64,000 bases of DNA from Iphione sp. A-MEVVRFRX5 (lineage: Eukaryota), in the NCBI GenBank assembly GCA_976226885.1, contig OZ320314.1, positions 106,330,001 through 106,394,000 on the forward strand, written 5' to 3'. How positions within the stretch are numbered: the stretch's first letter is position 1; every line of letters begins with the position of its first letter. The translations under genes were made by a program, and so were the position numbers. Positions 39,301 to 52,320 of this stretch are shown in pieces. A model generated the notes under the pieces. It searched no databases. It saw nothing but the letters and a program-made list of their open reading frames with translations, and was not told the origin of the DNA.

Positions 39301-41800
39301 GCGAAAACCTTATATCGTTAGACATCAAGTGATCCATACAATTTTTTCTGTTGTCCCCCGCTTATAGCTATTCTGTCATTAGACGGCTATAAACGTGAAT
39401 TGTATATACAGGGAACCTGGGGACACGGTTGGTTTATATTTTGTGTCTGTTTTATCCCTTGTAATTTTTGCCCCTGTGAAATTCCACAGGAGCAGAAACT
39501 GACCTCAAACTAGACATGGCAATAGCCCAGTCACATGTACAACAACCTTGGCAAACAGGTTTTAGTCAGTACTTGGCTTCATCCCCCTGATCCTTTGTGT
39601 TGAGTATCGGTAGGAGAGAAAGTACCCTTTGTTGTGTTAAGGATTGTGCTCTTCCTGGGAGAGAGCAAGTGGCGGTGAACCATGATTCTGTGCCACTTTC
39701 GACTTCCATCACTGATATTACTGACGAAGCAACTCAAAAGATCTAGGAATAGAAACTGACCTTAGGCCCTGATTAGCTCTCCTTTTATGGCCCTTTAACC
39801 TACTTTGGGGTCAGGCAATTTGAAACTTACAATAAAGGTGAAGATTACTTTAGACAACGTTTGCCACTTTTTCATCCCTCTTATGTATTATTGGCCAAAT
39901 TAAAATCTTCTGAAAAAAAGTGGCCTCAGTGTTAACTGAAATATTATTTTCTTTTGCTTTCTTCCATCCTGCTGTTAAGCCGTGGTCAAGGAAAGTATAT
40001 TGTTGGGATGTGTAATTATTGTTTATTCAGTTTTTGAATCATTTGGCGTTAGGGTATAACTATTTTTTATTTTTCGCCCTCCAACCTGCTTCAAATGTAA
40101 AAACCTAGTATACCATTTGGTAACTTGAAACTGCCATTGAGAAGTTGCATGTAGAAGGATGTGACATCATATAACCTATGTCATCAGGTAGGTTTGATTC
40201 AAAATTGCATACACTTATTGTTTACGTTCTAGTTAGAAAAATCTATTCATCCTTGAACTGTTAACTACTGGATGGATACACAAACGTTTATAGAACACAT
40301 TTCCAAACTTACTTTTATTAGGATTTATTTCAAGTGTAAGAGCTACAAACGATCACCCTACAGTATATTGAGCACAATGTGTCGTATCCACTATAAGTAT
40401 TAGAATTCAACAGTGAACATCATCTGTCCAGCACAGCTAACAATTTTGATTTTATATCGTACAATCTTTTTATCTTATGAATCTTGAAACAAAATATCGA
40501 TATAGTTCTTCTTTTACAAGAAAATGCCTTCGTTCCTGACAATAAATCCATTATTTTCCTGTCTAAAGATAAATACAAAACATAATTTCTTTTTATAAAG
40601 AAAATTAACTTAATAAAAATATCACTTCTCACTGAAAACATTTTTTCTTTATATAAGAAAACAAAGAAGATGAAGTAAGAAAATTTACCTTTGCCATGCA
40701 AGGAGATTCTTATCAGTTTTCGGTTTCTAGAATACAAGTTTATTGTAGCACATCTTCCTTATACAGAAACAGAACGAATTCTGCCTAAACCTTTTAGATA
40801 TTCACTTGGCGAGGTTATTTTCCAGACGGAGAGGATATGTTTTGCAGTGAAGAAAGGATAGAATACAAAATTGTTTTTTCTCTATCTCCCTCCACCATTT
40901 TTCCCAAATAACATTGAGATGACACTCTCTATGTTTGTTCCTGAACTTGAAGAAGTAAATAAGCCCTTCTCAATTCTCCGTTCTTGGTGTGTGTGTAGGG
41001 GAGGTACATCCCCTCCTAGTGATGCACCTAATACCTATAATATGTTTGCTGGTATGAACATACCCTGATACAAATTGAATTCTAACAAATGTAGCTCCAA
41101 TAAAACTCAAACAATTTTGACGCCATCAACGATATGGTATTCCATCAAAGACCTTTAAATAACCAGGACCGACAAATTCAATTTCCTCAGACAATTCTCA
41201 AAGCAATAATGGCTGTATACCAACATTGGCATACAATTAGTATTTCTGATACACTCCCCAAAATATACCCTTGTATAAAAACTTCACAAGTGTAACAGCA
41301 AAAACAGGCAGTAGTTTTGACTGAGGGGAACATCGTGAAAGGCGAAGTGTTTGGACGCTTTCCTGCCAGTCAGTTGGTGATAGACTTCAACGTATATCCT
41401 TTTAAAACGTAAATTTCAAAAAAGGGCATTTCGATTGTTCAACAAAATTCCATTCCTTTACAATGTACGTGACAAAAAAGTATGGAAGTATTCTTTCATC
41501 TTAAGTGCCCTAATACAATAAAACCCTCTGATACGACTACCGACAGCACCAGTCATTTTTACCCTCAGTAGAGGCAGCCCTGCTACGTGAGTTGTTTTTC
41601 TTATACAATGGCAACTCACCCTACGGGCAACGGAACTAGGATGGCAACCCAGAATCCAGAGCAGGTTGTATAGCTCCCACTACTATACAAATAGGAAAAT
41701 GAACCTTTTAATACAGGCAACCCTGCATTAAGGGTAACATAGACATATCCCTCCAATGGTTGCATTAGATCTGTTTTACTGTACGGTAATTATATAGAAC

Positions 41801-41925
41801 CCGGGGTTGTCCCCAACTCTTATTTCAAATAGGTTTCCGGGGTCTTTTTGTGCATAGGGGACAGAATCCTATACACCCACGGCCTTTCTACGAGTTGTGG
41901 ACCACTCTGGGATGGGGCTACAGTA
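41801..41925 (-). mobile_element. Headless SINE body (Deu/Nin-like core) related to the SINE at 44928
   Basis: The reverse complement aligns to 45023-45151 (tactgta.cccc...gagtggtcc...caact.gta.aaaggcc...ggtgtatagga...tcccct.tgcacaaaaaga.ccc..aa.acctatt...aagag). Confidence 0.8.
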
Positions 41926-42558
41926 TTTATGTGTTTATAGGAGAAACAAGTTAAAATATATGTTTGGGTTCGCTATGCCTGTTCTATATTTATTTTCATT
42001 ACTTTTTAGACGACAAACTTTTGCGTACCATGTATGAACTTACAAATCGACGCCATCTTGCATATTTTGAGTTACGGTTGAGCATCCGGATTGCAGACGC
42101 CCTCGGTTCTACTTCAAATCGTCCGCATTCAAGACGTTCCATTATAATGCTTAACTGCAGGAAACCATTCGGTTCTGCGTCAAATTGTCCGCACTGCAGA
42201 GGCATCCGCAACTGGGACATGTCCGCGAGGGGACGTCCCACTGTACTGTAGCATTCATGTGTCAGTTTTGCATATTCAATTGACACCTTTTTTTCCCATT
42301 CTATTCTTCTATATTTAAGGTAAATGGTTTTTAATGTATCATTATAATATGATAATGACCAAACCAGAAAATATTCGGAAGCAACATTTATTTTAGTTTT
42401 TTGTTTTCTCGTGAGTCTCTCTCTCTCTTCCCGCCATAAGTGATACAAGTGTATTTCAGAGCAGATGTACATATTTGTAGTGTAATGTATTTGTAATAAC
42501 TTTGATTACTTTTATAACCAGAATACGATGCAAATTCAGGACATTTACGTGAAATTAC

Positions 42559-44566
42559 TTATTTACTGTGGAAGTGGACATGGGAAGTGACATTTCCCTG
42601 GATATTTGATACGTTGAAGATCCCTTCAAATTTCCGGCCCAGTTTATCCGCCGCTGGCATCTTTTGCGTCATCTCTATCGATGTCCTGACCATTTCCATC
42701 TGTAAAGGTATTCGAATTTCATGTGGACATCTTGCTGTAATATTGTATTTCAATTTAGGTAAATTTTAATGATATTTAGATTTCCAATATGCCTGCTTGT
42801 CCATGGACATGGCAAGCACCACTTTCTCAACGTCATCATCTCCCTAAACAAGCGCATCATCTTTCTTGCAGTAAGGTTGTGTCCGCGACAGACTCTCCTG
42901 TTAGAATAATTGGAAAGAAATTCTTTCAAAATGGATCTGAACATTATATCTCAATGTTGAAATTGTCACTTAAGCAAATATATTTTTTTTTCTTTTTTTC
43001 GGTGAGCGACATAATGTTATTTAAAGAAATATGCCATGACAACATGTTCCTCCTACTTGAGAGTAGCGGACAACCTCGTGGATTTCTTCCCATGTTTTCA
43101 CGTGCTTTCTCGTCACTGTTTCTGTGATGTTGCTTGCTTCTTGTTGTAGTGATGTGATAGTCGAAGGCTTGCTTGCCAAAACGCACTTTTTTTCTTCTAG
43201 CGTCTTTGTCTGTGTTTCTTCTTTAACCGGATGTCGAACAAGTGTTTCTGTTGTGCTACACTTACGAGGGAATAATTGTTGAGGCTCTGGACATTTCAAC
43301 CCAGAAAGTTGTGCTACAACTGTTGGATCCATGCTCCCGTGCAGCAGCCGTGTGCAGGTCATCTTTCTTTCTGAGTGGTTGTTGACTTTGCCTTTAAGTC
43401 CAGCTTGCTTGGCCATATTAGGCATAATGTTGGGCTGTTCGTTCCCTCTCATCGGGAGTCTGCTGTGCCATATCTGGCTGCTTGGGAGTCTTTTGCGGTT
43501 GATCGATAAGCACAATGGAGAATCATCTTTCAACATGTCTTTCGGTCTTCTCGGCAAGTGTTCTCTCAATACAAACACCTGGGCATTGCTTGGCATTTTT
43601 CTCATCGCACCACATCTTCGGAGTGAACGATCAGACGTGGCCACAAATGCCTTGACGGATTTTTGTAACCCTTTCCTGAAATTCAATTTATTCTTTTCCA
43701 TTATGGTCTACCTTGATTTTCAAATCGCCCACTCGTACAGTCCTAGACTCCTGGCGACCATGAAATCCAAAGAATTTTGTGGTCAAAAACCACACAGTCG
43801 ATCAGAAAGATAGGAGACTATGGATGCCCAGTGGGCCCAATGTCTATAAACGCTCTTCTTCCTCTGTCAAACATGAGGGCTACAACAACAATGGCATTCA
43901 TCTATTTGTATGTTTGTCTAATAACATTGTATTCTTTTCTTTAAAAATATAATCTTTTCTTTTTTGTGTGCACTATTTTACTGCAACCTTTGTTTTATAA
44001 TATTTTCATTCTGATTATGTATACGTATAAATTAATATCATCAGATACTTCAATAAATCCCTTGTTTGGGGCATTGCCAAGACCATTGCTCTTCAGCTCT
44101 CTCTTCTTGCATATAATTCTTTGCGGCATGTGTCAAATGAATAGAATGACATCAAGCATTCAGGTTATAGGTTATTCTCTAAATGGCATTTAATACTGCC
44201 GAAAACCACCATAAGACTCGTGGGCTCGTAGTCTGTCCCGTCTGCTTTTTATGATGGTCATAATATATTCTCCTTTGTACACATCTAGGATTTTCGGTGG
44301 TATTTCTTCAATCCCGCACTCTTCTCCTATTGTGGACAGCCATTTTTGCATTCGCTCAATGCCTCTCCATGTTTTGGGCTGAGTTTCCTTATTTCTCTTG
44401 CTGCTAATGAATTCTCAGAGTTCGCCTGATAAACAGAAACGTCTTCAACCTCCTTGTCATGTTCACTAAGGTTTTCCTCTTCGTCTGTTTCGAAATCCAA
44501 ATTTAAACCGGCAATTTCAAGATTGAAATTACACGCCATTGTTACAGTGAAGAATTCCCCATTCAA
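42559..44566 (-). pseudogene. Decayed Crypton-type (DUF3504-like) tyrosine recombinase gene
   Basis: Manual minus-strand translation across stops and frameshifts gives IEEIPPKILD, KADGTDYEPTSL, KRELKSNGLGNAPNK, LTEEEERL, TVWFLTTKFFGFHGRQE, GDLKIKVDHNGKE*IEFQERVTKIRQG, RRPKDMLKDDSPL, MAKQAGLKGKVNNHSERK, VAQLSG, NVQSLNNYS, and C-terminal GIFNVSNIQGNVT. Confidence 0.85.
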
Positions 44567-44927
44567 ACGGTGTTTGACAACTCTTCGCTTACATCGCCTT
44601 TTATTCTTTTCACATGGTGATTACATCACGTAGATGTACAATTTAGCTGCGTGCTTTCCTTATACTTTCTGAGTGATTTTTGGGCTTTGCCTTACATTCA
44701 TAAATTCTAAAAGGAATATTTATTATCATTTGTTCAACCCTTTTGGTTTCGGTCTTTTTTTTAATTGTCACATTTTTTGCACATCCAGCATTTTCATCTT
44801 GTTTGTGTACTTTCCAAAATACGAATATAATTTTCCCTCCGCACGATATTTAGAACTTGATTTTTATCATTTCATTCTATTTTTACTAATATATATAATT
44901 TTACTCTTATAAGGTCAGATCTTAAGT

Positions 44928-45310
44928 GGGGAATTAGCTCAGTGGTAGAGCACTGGTCCACTGATGGAGAGGTCGCAGGTTCAATCCCAGGCCTGGGACT
45001 ATTGATCATGACCAGACAGTTTTACTGTATCCCCAATCCAGAGTGGTCCGTGGACAACTTGTAAAAAGGCCCAAGGTGTATAGGATTATGTCCCCTTTGC
45101 ACAAAAAGATCCCAGAAGACCTATTCAATAAGAGTAGGGTGTAACCCCAGGTATTCTGGCCTCTCAGTTCTCAACAATAGAATGGTAGTATGCTTCCACT
45201 CTGCCCACAGGGCTGGGCACGGGGTTGGTGCCCCCACTCCGTAAACCTACAGCCACAGAAACCAGCAATACAAGCTGGCCCTATGCTCCAATCGGAGTAA
45301 ACAAAAAATC
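44928..45310 (+). mobile_element. tRNA-derived SINE with a Deu/Nin-like central domain
   Basis: A box TAGCTCAGTGG (44935-44945) and B box GGTTCAATCCC (44978-44988); the acceptor stem does not close. The core aaaagatccca...ctattcaataagagtaggg...ccccaggtattctggcc (about 45103-45162) resembles the Deu-domain consensus as I recall it. The 3' end is approximate. Confidence 0.8.
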
Positions 45311-45499
45311 ATATTTCATACATGTCAGATCTTGTCTTTCTCTTACTTTAAAGAATAACAAAAATCAGCAGTGTGCAATACATGTATTGTTATCGCACCC
45401 ACGTCAGCCTGTGGTACAAGCCCCCTGCATACGCATAGTCATGAAATAAAACCTCACCTCTGGGATGTCTTTGGTTCCCAGTAAGTGTTCCGATCAAGG

Positions 45500-45798
45500 A
45501 GTGTTTCACATGCATCCATATGAGTTCACTCCGCATCCAGATGCTTATGCAGACATCCCCTGTAAATATTCCCGTGTTAATTGCTTTCTTGTGGTCGCTA
45601 TTTGTATTTCACTATAGACTTCTCTGTAATCCACATGCAGATGTGGAGAAAACCTATCCCCGATAGTTTGAGATCTGCATGCAGATGCAGAAAAATCGAC
45701 ACACATCTGAATGGCTGTATTGGTTGTACAAGGCTTGTAGGAAAATCTGAATCTAGATCGAGATGTGTAGTGGACAAATATGTACATGTGAATAGGCC
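45500..45798. mobile_element. Possible old MITE with degenerate ~45-bp terminal inverted repeats
   Basis: tttcacatgcatccatatgagttcact at the left versus agtggacaaatatgtacatgtgaataggcc at the right. The match is imperfect. Confidence 0.3.
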
Positions 45799-46876
45799 TT
45801 TAGGGGATATCTGCATGCTGGCCCAATACTGAAGTCCTGTTGTACATTGAATATCACGGTCTCTACCAATGGCCGTCCTCTCCCTGCGGTTTCCCACATT
45901 GTTAAGGTGTCTTCTTACATTCTAATACTGGTGAAGATTGTGATCAAAATGTTTCCTTGGAAAGGTTATTCTCGTCTGTTTACTCGTAAAGTGCATCTGT
46001 TTTTGAACCTAAGCTTTACGAATAAAGCACGCATTTACCAGTAAGAAATTGCGAGCATTGGTACCGTTCTCAGACTGAAAAAGACCAAAATATCCTATCG
46101 ACTTTCTTTTGGATTCAAGTTTCAAGAATTCGCGAATCGATATGGAGAAAAAAGTCCCTATAGACTCTAATTTACTGCCAATTCACTGGGACATGTCACT
46201 GCTGGAATCCATTGACATATCGATTGAGCCGAGAGTGTGAAAACCATAATGGAATTCACAGCTCATTTTTTTTTCCAAAATGAGCAGTAAAAACTGTGAA
46301 CTTCTCTGTGAGCGTAATAGCCTGCCCATTTCTCTTTCATCTCGCCTCTGCCTATAGCGATAGACACCGTCGGCGCGGCTGATAACCTTGTGAGCCTTCT
46401 TCTGCGTGGAAGGTGCCCCTGTCTTCCCAACCCTCTTTCTAGCCGTCCGACGACCCGAACCTGCTACCCGCGCCGAACGCCGAACGGATCGATGGACCTC
46501 CAGCCTGCGGGAACGACGTCGATGGATCGGAGACGGGCTACAAATTGAGGTTCCGCATTGCAAGGTCCTGCGGCCATGTTGGGTCATAAGGGCGCCCGCC
46601 TAGTATCCAGCGGCGGCAGGGCCAGTGTGAACGTCTCCTCGAACGTCTCTACCACCTTGAAATGTCTTCCTGTGTCCGGAGGGGGCTGGGGAGGGGGTTG
46701 CGAATTTGGGAAGGGGGGGGGGAGCAGAATTGTGACATCTACTCGGCACTTGTCTGGGCGCCGATTCTAGAGGAACCATCGTGTCGTCCGCACAGAGGCT
46801 TATTATAGGGGCGTCGCCGAGTCCAATCTGCAGCAATGAGACTCCGCCACTTACCCCACACAGATGACTACTTCCC

Positions 46877-46878
<2 letters not shown>

Positions 46879-46936
<58 letters not shown>
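46879..46936. repeat. (TCA)19 microsatellite
   Basis: Direct reading of the sequence. Confidence 0.97.
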
Positions 46937-47342
46937 GTGAGAAGAACTGACTCGGCGATTGCCGTAGAAAATAATGTAAGGCTGCCAGGGAAATCTGCAA
47001 AAATGGATCCTCTCTTCAAGCGTGTAAAGAGCCGGAACGAGTGCGGACCACTGCCCGCTTCAATGGGACCTGTTTTTCCGGCCAGCGCTATACTTTCGTG
47101 ACTGTCACGCCTGATTCCGAAATGGCGGACGTGGTAATTATCGCAGAAACAGCTTAATGGTGAAGCGAAGTAGCTGTGGCGGCCATGGTGGCTGATATGC
47201 TCCTCGCTTGAGATCCTCAATTATCTGCGCCAATGCTAACGGAGTTACCTCAATTCTCAGGCCCTCCTGTCGCCCTGATACCATTTCTACATCACTAGAC
47301 TAGACGATCTCAGACACAGACATTTCCCTCTGTCCTTCTCCT

Positions 47343-47350
<8 letters not shown>

Positions 47351-47434
<84 letters not shown>
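47351..47434. repeat. (CT)42 microsatellite
   Basis: Direct reading of the sequence. Confidence 0.97.
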
Positions 47435-47436
<2 letters not shown>

Positions 47437-48198
47437 CGAAGCCTGAGTTTGACGGCGTGTACTCCCGTTCCATTCATTGTGCGTCCTTTACGACACGGCG
47501 GTTTAGGCAGGAGGACCGCGACTGTGGCAGATGTATCCGGGGAGGGGCTTCCTCCGGCTCTACTAGTCCTGAGCCACAGGCCAACCTTTAGGCATCCTGG
47601 CTTGGACCCCGCCTTTCACGTGTTGTCAGTGCGGGTCAGGTTGTCACCGCTCTAATGCCACACATAACCCCCATGGCCTCGGCTGACCTCCAACCCAAGG
47701 CGTGACCGTCAACCGTCAGACAGCCACTGGTTACTGTTTCGAACAATCATCTTTTACCGATCGATTTCCTGCCGTCAATTAGAAGCCGGTCAGAAGCACC
47801 AGTCCCCACCCCATCCCCCCCCCTCCTCCATCCAGAGTGATTCAGCAGGCGGTGTTTCCAAACATTTCAGCTCCGGCACTGGGCTTCTTCCATCACAGCG
47901 ACTTCCATTCCACCACTGTGATTTTCAGCACCGTTTGGTAAGAGGATTCAAGTGCCATCGGTGACATATGAGGCACCTTCTTGAATATGGCGCCGCCGCC
48001 CTTGATGAGGAGTGTAGGTTCTTCATATCATTGCACTGAGCGGTCGAGAATCGGACCTTCCTGACGCAGAAACATTCGTGATGGATTAATATTCACGTTT
48101 AAGATTGTTTATCATGAAACTGCCTTACATGCATGCATGTTTAGATAGGGATTCTTCCAGCATAATATATATTTTTGGTAATTGCATACACCTCTCAG

Positions 48199-48555
48199 TA
48201 AGGAAAAATAAGGTTTGTTTCTGGTAACAATCAGCCAAAACCTAGCTGGGGAGGAGGGTATCTTTTCAATTTTTTTCCACTTTCTTCCTCTGATTTTCAA
48301 TAATAATAAAGATAATATGAAGAATTTTGACCAATTTGCATGAGTCTGACAGTTCTTTACTGAATTTCCATGGAATTTGATGTTTTTCTACTGAATGTAC
48401 CAAAATATGTCCTGTGAAAACATGTATCGAAGGAAATTTAGCCTTGGAAGCTCTTTGGGGCAAAAAGGTTTTTAGATAGGGTGAGGATTTACTAGGTAGG
48501 GGTGGGTGACCAGAAACACACCTATGTTTGGTGGGGGGGGGTGTGCCTAACCTTA
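48199..48555 (+). mobile_element. Non-autonomous TIR element (MITE-like), about 355 bp
   Basis: Left taaggaaaaataaggtttgtttctggtaac is inverted against right gtgaccagaaacacaccta...cctta. The interior is homologous in reverse orientation to 63456-63791. Confidence 0.75.
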
Positions 48556-49923
48556 AGCACGATGGTTTCATGACCCTAGCTTAGATATTTGTATTCCCTC
48601 CTGATCCTGTGTTAACAGTTTGCTATGTTGTGCATTATTTGTAGTTTTGTTAGTGATCTCCTACGACACAGATTGATTCAGTTTCAAATACTAACAGCTC
48701 TTGAATGAATTACCGAATGCCCACAACAAAACGATTCCCTGTGGTTTTCCAATGCTCATTCAGTCCACTGTTGTTTTCCTTCCCTTTTATTCAATTAATG
48801 AGCCGTTCATATGAGCTTCAAGGGAACCGCCCAGCCCACCGGGAGGTGGTTTGAAGAAGAAAAAAAAGATCTGAAGTGCAAACCTACTCCTTCCGAAAAT
48901 AAATCAACCAATAATACGATTTTCCCAAAACTGTTATCAATTTAAAATTCATTTGTGTGGTTTTGGCGGTGTAAGCCCCGAGCAGGTCTTCCCATGTATG
49001 ACCCCCCCCCCCGACTAGGCAGGCAATTATCCTCGCAGTTCTAACAGGACCAAACAAAAGGTAACTGACACGTTTAGAGCCTTCTTCACCATCCTCTCCC
49101 AATTTTCATATTATGAGCAAGATTTAAAACGTTCTTAGTAAATAAAGATTTCGTTTAAGAAAGAGGCGCAAATGAACTGAGGAACATTTCCTTTTCGAAA
49201 ATAGTCCGATGACGTCATTCCGCCGTTATAAGATCGTGTTGAAGGTCACTCAGTCAACAAAGCTTCCGAAGATGTCCCGCAGAGGGATTTATGTTATAAT
49301 AATGGTGCCTTACGCTTTATGGGTTAGAAGGGGAAAGGCGCGTTATGTTACACTGGGAAGGCAGTTATATACCGCTAACTGTATGACTATTCTATTCAGA
49401 AACCTCGAATATCTGTCAACGGTTGTTTGAAAATGAGCTTTGTTTATAGGCTGCTAATATATGTTTAAACAGTGCTGCTGAAAACGTGAACATGAAGAGA
49501 TAGGTTGCGCGAGACTGTAAAAATTAGAAATAAAAACCAATTCAGACCTAGAAAAATATCTGTTTTTCCAATAACATGCTAAAATATATAGGGTTGGTCC
49601 ACTTTTTGATATCTTTCTTTTTTCAATATAATTCCTGCTGACTGCAGGAAGAAATGTGTAGGATTATATCACTTCTACTGCTTCAACTTTAATAACTTTG
49701 GTATTAAATGAAAGCTAGTAACCAATGAAAAAGATTATGTTAAGTGTACGTTTCTGTCTTTATTTCTTTTGAAGCTATTCCAAACAACGGCAAATAAAAA
49801 GTCATAATTGCCTCTTGTGTAGGGTCGATTGCGTAACCAAAAACACAGATACTTTTTTGTTTGGCCTTCTCAACCAGACTACTGACAATGGGTTTTAGTT
49901 GAATAATGTACTACATATATGTT

Positions 49924-50630
49924 TAAACATTTCGAGGGTGTTAGCAGGGAAAGATAAATGCTTTTGATAGTTAAGAGCCAAGGTTTATTCAGCTACTATG
50001 ATTAGCACCAATGGATTGAAAGCTATATCATAACATTACAATCTTGCTGACACCGTAGTTTCAGTCCCTAGCTCTGTCCATTATTACGTGCTGTTCGTTT
50101 GAATCTACATCTGGTTGGTTTGGGGCCAATATTATCAAACGTCTGTAAACCTGCCTTTAGCAATTATTTTTCACTCTGTAGTCTTGGGAAGATATATTAT
50201 TACAAGTCCCGCTTTGGTGTAGCTTTTAGAAAATATCTCACCTTTGACAATTCCAGCATCAATGAACGATAAGCCTTTCAAATTTGGTTTTAGACTTTAT
50301 GGTTATGAAACCACAAAGTGTTCTTTTTTTGGAAAAGAAAGATACACTCATTACTCCCTGCATTTCTTCTCACCGGTTAATCAGATTAAGACATTGCAAA
50401 ACCCGTGTTATATGGTACATCAGAAAAGCCAATATTAAGCTCAAAGCAATACTTTTCTAAATTGTTGGGGGATGTTGATCTATTCATACAATTAACACTA
50501 ATACAAATCAATGGAAGCGATTGAATTATTTGTATAGGCTAGTAGCACCTGTGTAAACATTTAATGGTGTTTACAGGAAAAGGTAAATGCTTTTAATATT
50601 TAAGGGCATAGATCTTATTCAGCTACTATG
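49924..50630 (+). repeat. Dispersed ~77-bp direct repeat pair (49924-50000 and 50554-50630)
   Basis: Shared taaacattt..ggtgtt..cagg.aaag.taaatgctttt.ata.ttaag.gc...ttattcagctactatg; roughly three quarters identical by eye. Confidence 0.75.
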
Positions 50631-51802
50631 GTGACTTTATATGAAGCAGCCTTTTCTATATTTACTAAACGTTAAATACATACAGACGTTAAAGACACAC
50701 GAGTAGTTTGCACAACCGCTTTGTGCAAGACATCCTTCAATATTCATCGTAATAACCGTCAGTCACTAAATATGTGCGGAGGCATGAAATGTACTCCGGT
50801 TCAGACAGTGTGGCCATGTAAGTCCGTAACACACCTCGCGTTACTCCGTGTTACTAGAATGTGAATTTCTAAGGGTCAGTCTACAATTTCTAAGGGGCAC
50901 GCCGATCTTCTAGCCACTCTTCTGCAAATCCCGATTCTGTGTCTAAGATGTATCAAACACGAAAAAAAAACAATTTCAACAATAAATGACGCATACGATC
51001 TGCAAGTTAGTGGGGCCACGATTTAGGGCATTAGCAGAATTTATAGGGCATATTCAATCAAGCAAGTCGAATTTTGTCGTTTTGGTTTTCTGAAATAAAA
51101 CGAATATATTCATGTTTATAATGACAGATATAACACGCTGGTAATTGTTCAGTTTCTTTCATAGACAGTAACAGGAGTCATATTCTGATGCAAGGTTTGT
51201 CTGCAGAAGTGCCGGCACTAAAATAAGAACACATGCTATCTGAGTCACGTATGTTTTTGCGATATCTATATTTAGAACATCTTAATGAAAGTTTTTAAAA
51301 AGGTCGTCTGGGTTAGGAAAAACAACAGACACGCGCAAAGACTTTACAGAAAGACTATTTCTGGATGGAAATTGGGAAAGTACTAAAAAGAGATGCACAA
51401 AATAATATTCAATGATGCTAATAAATCATTTTAACTTAAGTACTTAAAACTACGTGTACATAAAACTCCACCTTAAATATTCCTTAATATGTTCATCTCA
51501 CCGAATCGATATATTGATTTTTTAAAAAATAAGTATGTTACTGAGATGCACTGGAACATGTCCACGTGCCCTGTCTCACTCGTCTCACGCCTCCTTGCAC
51601 GTAGTCCCTCTTTACATGTTTGTCTCGTTTTTTTATTTTCAGTGCTTTACATTTACGTTGACTTGCTACATCCCAGTCCACAAACCTTTTTGAATGGTGT
51701 CCATTCGCTCTAGACCTCCAAGAACAGTTTCCCCCGCATGCCGCATAACTATACGGTAAAGGGGATGTCTTTGTTTCCACACAAAAATCAGGATGTCATG
51801 CG

Positions 51803-51833
<31 letters not shown>

Positions 51834-51850
51834 ATTTTGTCTCTGTAATA

Positions 51851-51887
51851 TTACCGAGCGATCAATTAATCGCGTTATAGTCGGTAA
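51851..51887 (-). other. 3'-terminal bulged stem-loop of the LINE
   Basis: Outer 7-bp stem TTACCGA/TCGGTAA, inner 5-bp stem GCGAT/ATCGC, 6-nt loop, 17 nt from the poly(A). Confidence 0.6.
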
Positions 51888-52320
51888 ACAGGGTCCGTTA
51901 ACTACGCCTCCATCAAGGCCTTTATCCCTGTGATACTCATAACATCAAAATTTAACTAACAACAAAAGTAACATAACTGACTTTTCCAAATCCTTATTGC
52001 CTATACTTAACATATTCTCTGCCTTGAATATCTTAGCATGATACCATGATAACATGAAGTTTTGTGAAAAAGAAATTGTATAACCGTTTATCTTTCCTCA
52101 AATTCTTTCTCGCAATTTACTCTTTATATTTCGTCTTTAATATTTTACATTGCTTGCATTGCCGGATCATAGAAATATAATGCCTTTATGGAACGAGTAT
52201 GGGTATAATGTTCATGGTTATGATGACATTAATAATGATAATGATGATGATTACAGTGGGGCTTCCGGACTTGTCATAGAACTTCGTGTGATCTGTCCAA
52301 ATTAGTACATAGAACATTCC

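Noticed and set aside
44928-45000. tRNA gene
   Set aside because: A and B boxes are present, but the 5' and 3' ends cannot form an acceptor stem and the sequence runs into a repeat core, so it is a SINE head.
46846-46990. Poly-Asp exon on the minus strand ((GAT)19 ERE VVICVG followed by GTAAGT)
   Set aside because: The donor is plausible but there is no convincing acceptor or homology; a plain microsatellite explains it.
51797-51805. Flank CATGCGATA matches the spacer hairpin motif (reverse strand CATGCGATAGCATG)
   Set aside because: A single 9-bp match is compatible with chance and gives no support for target specificity without more insertion sites.
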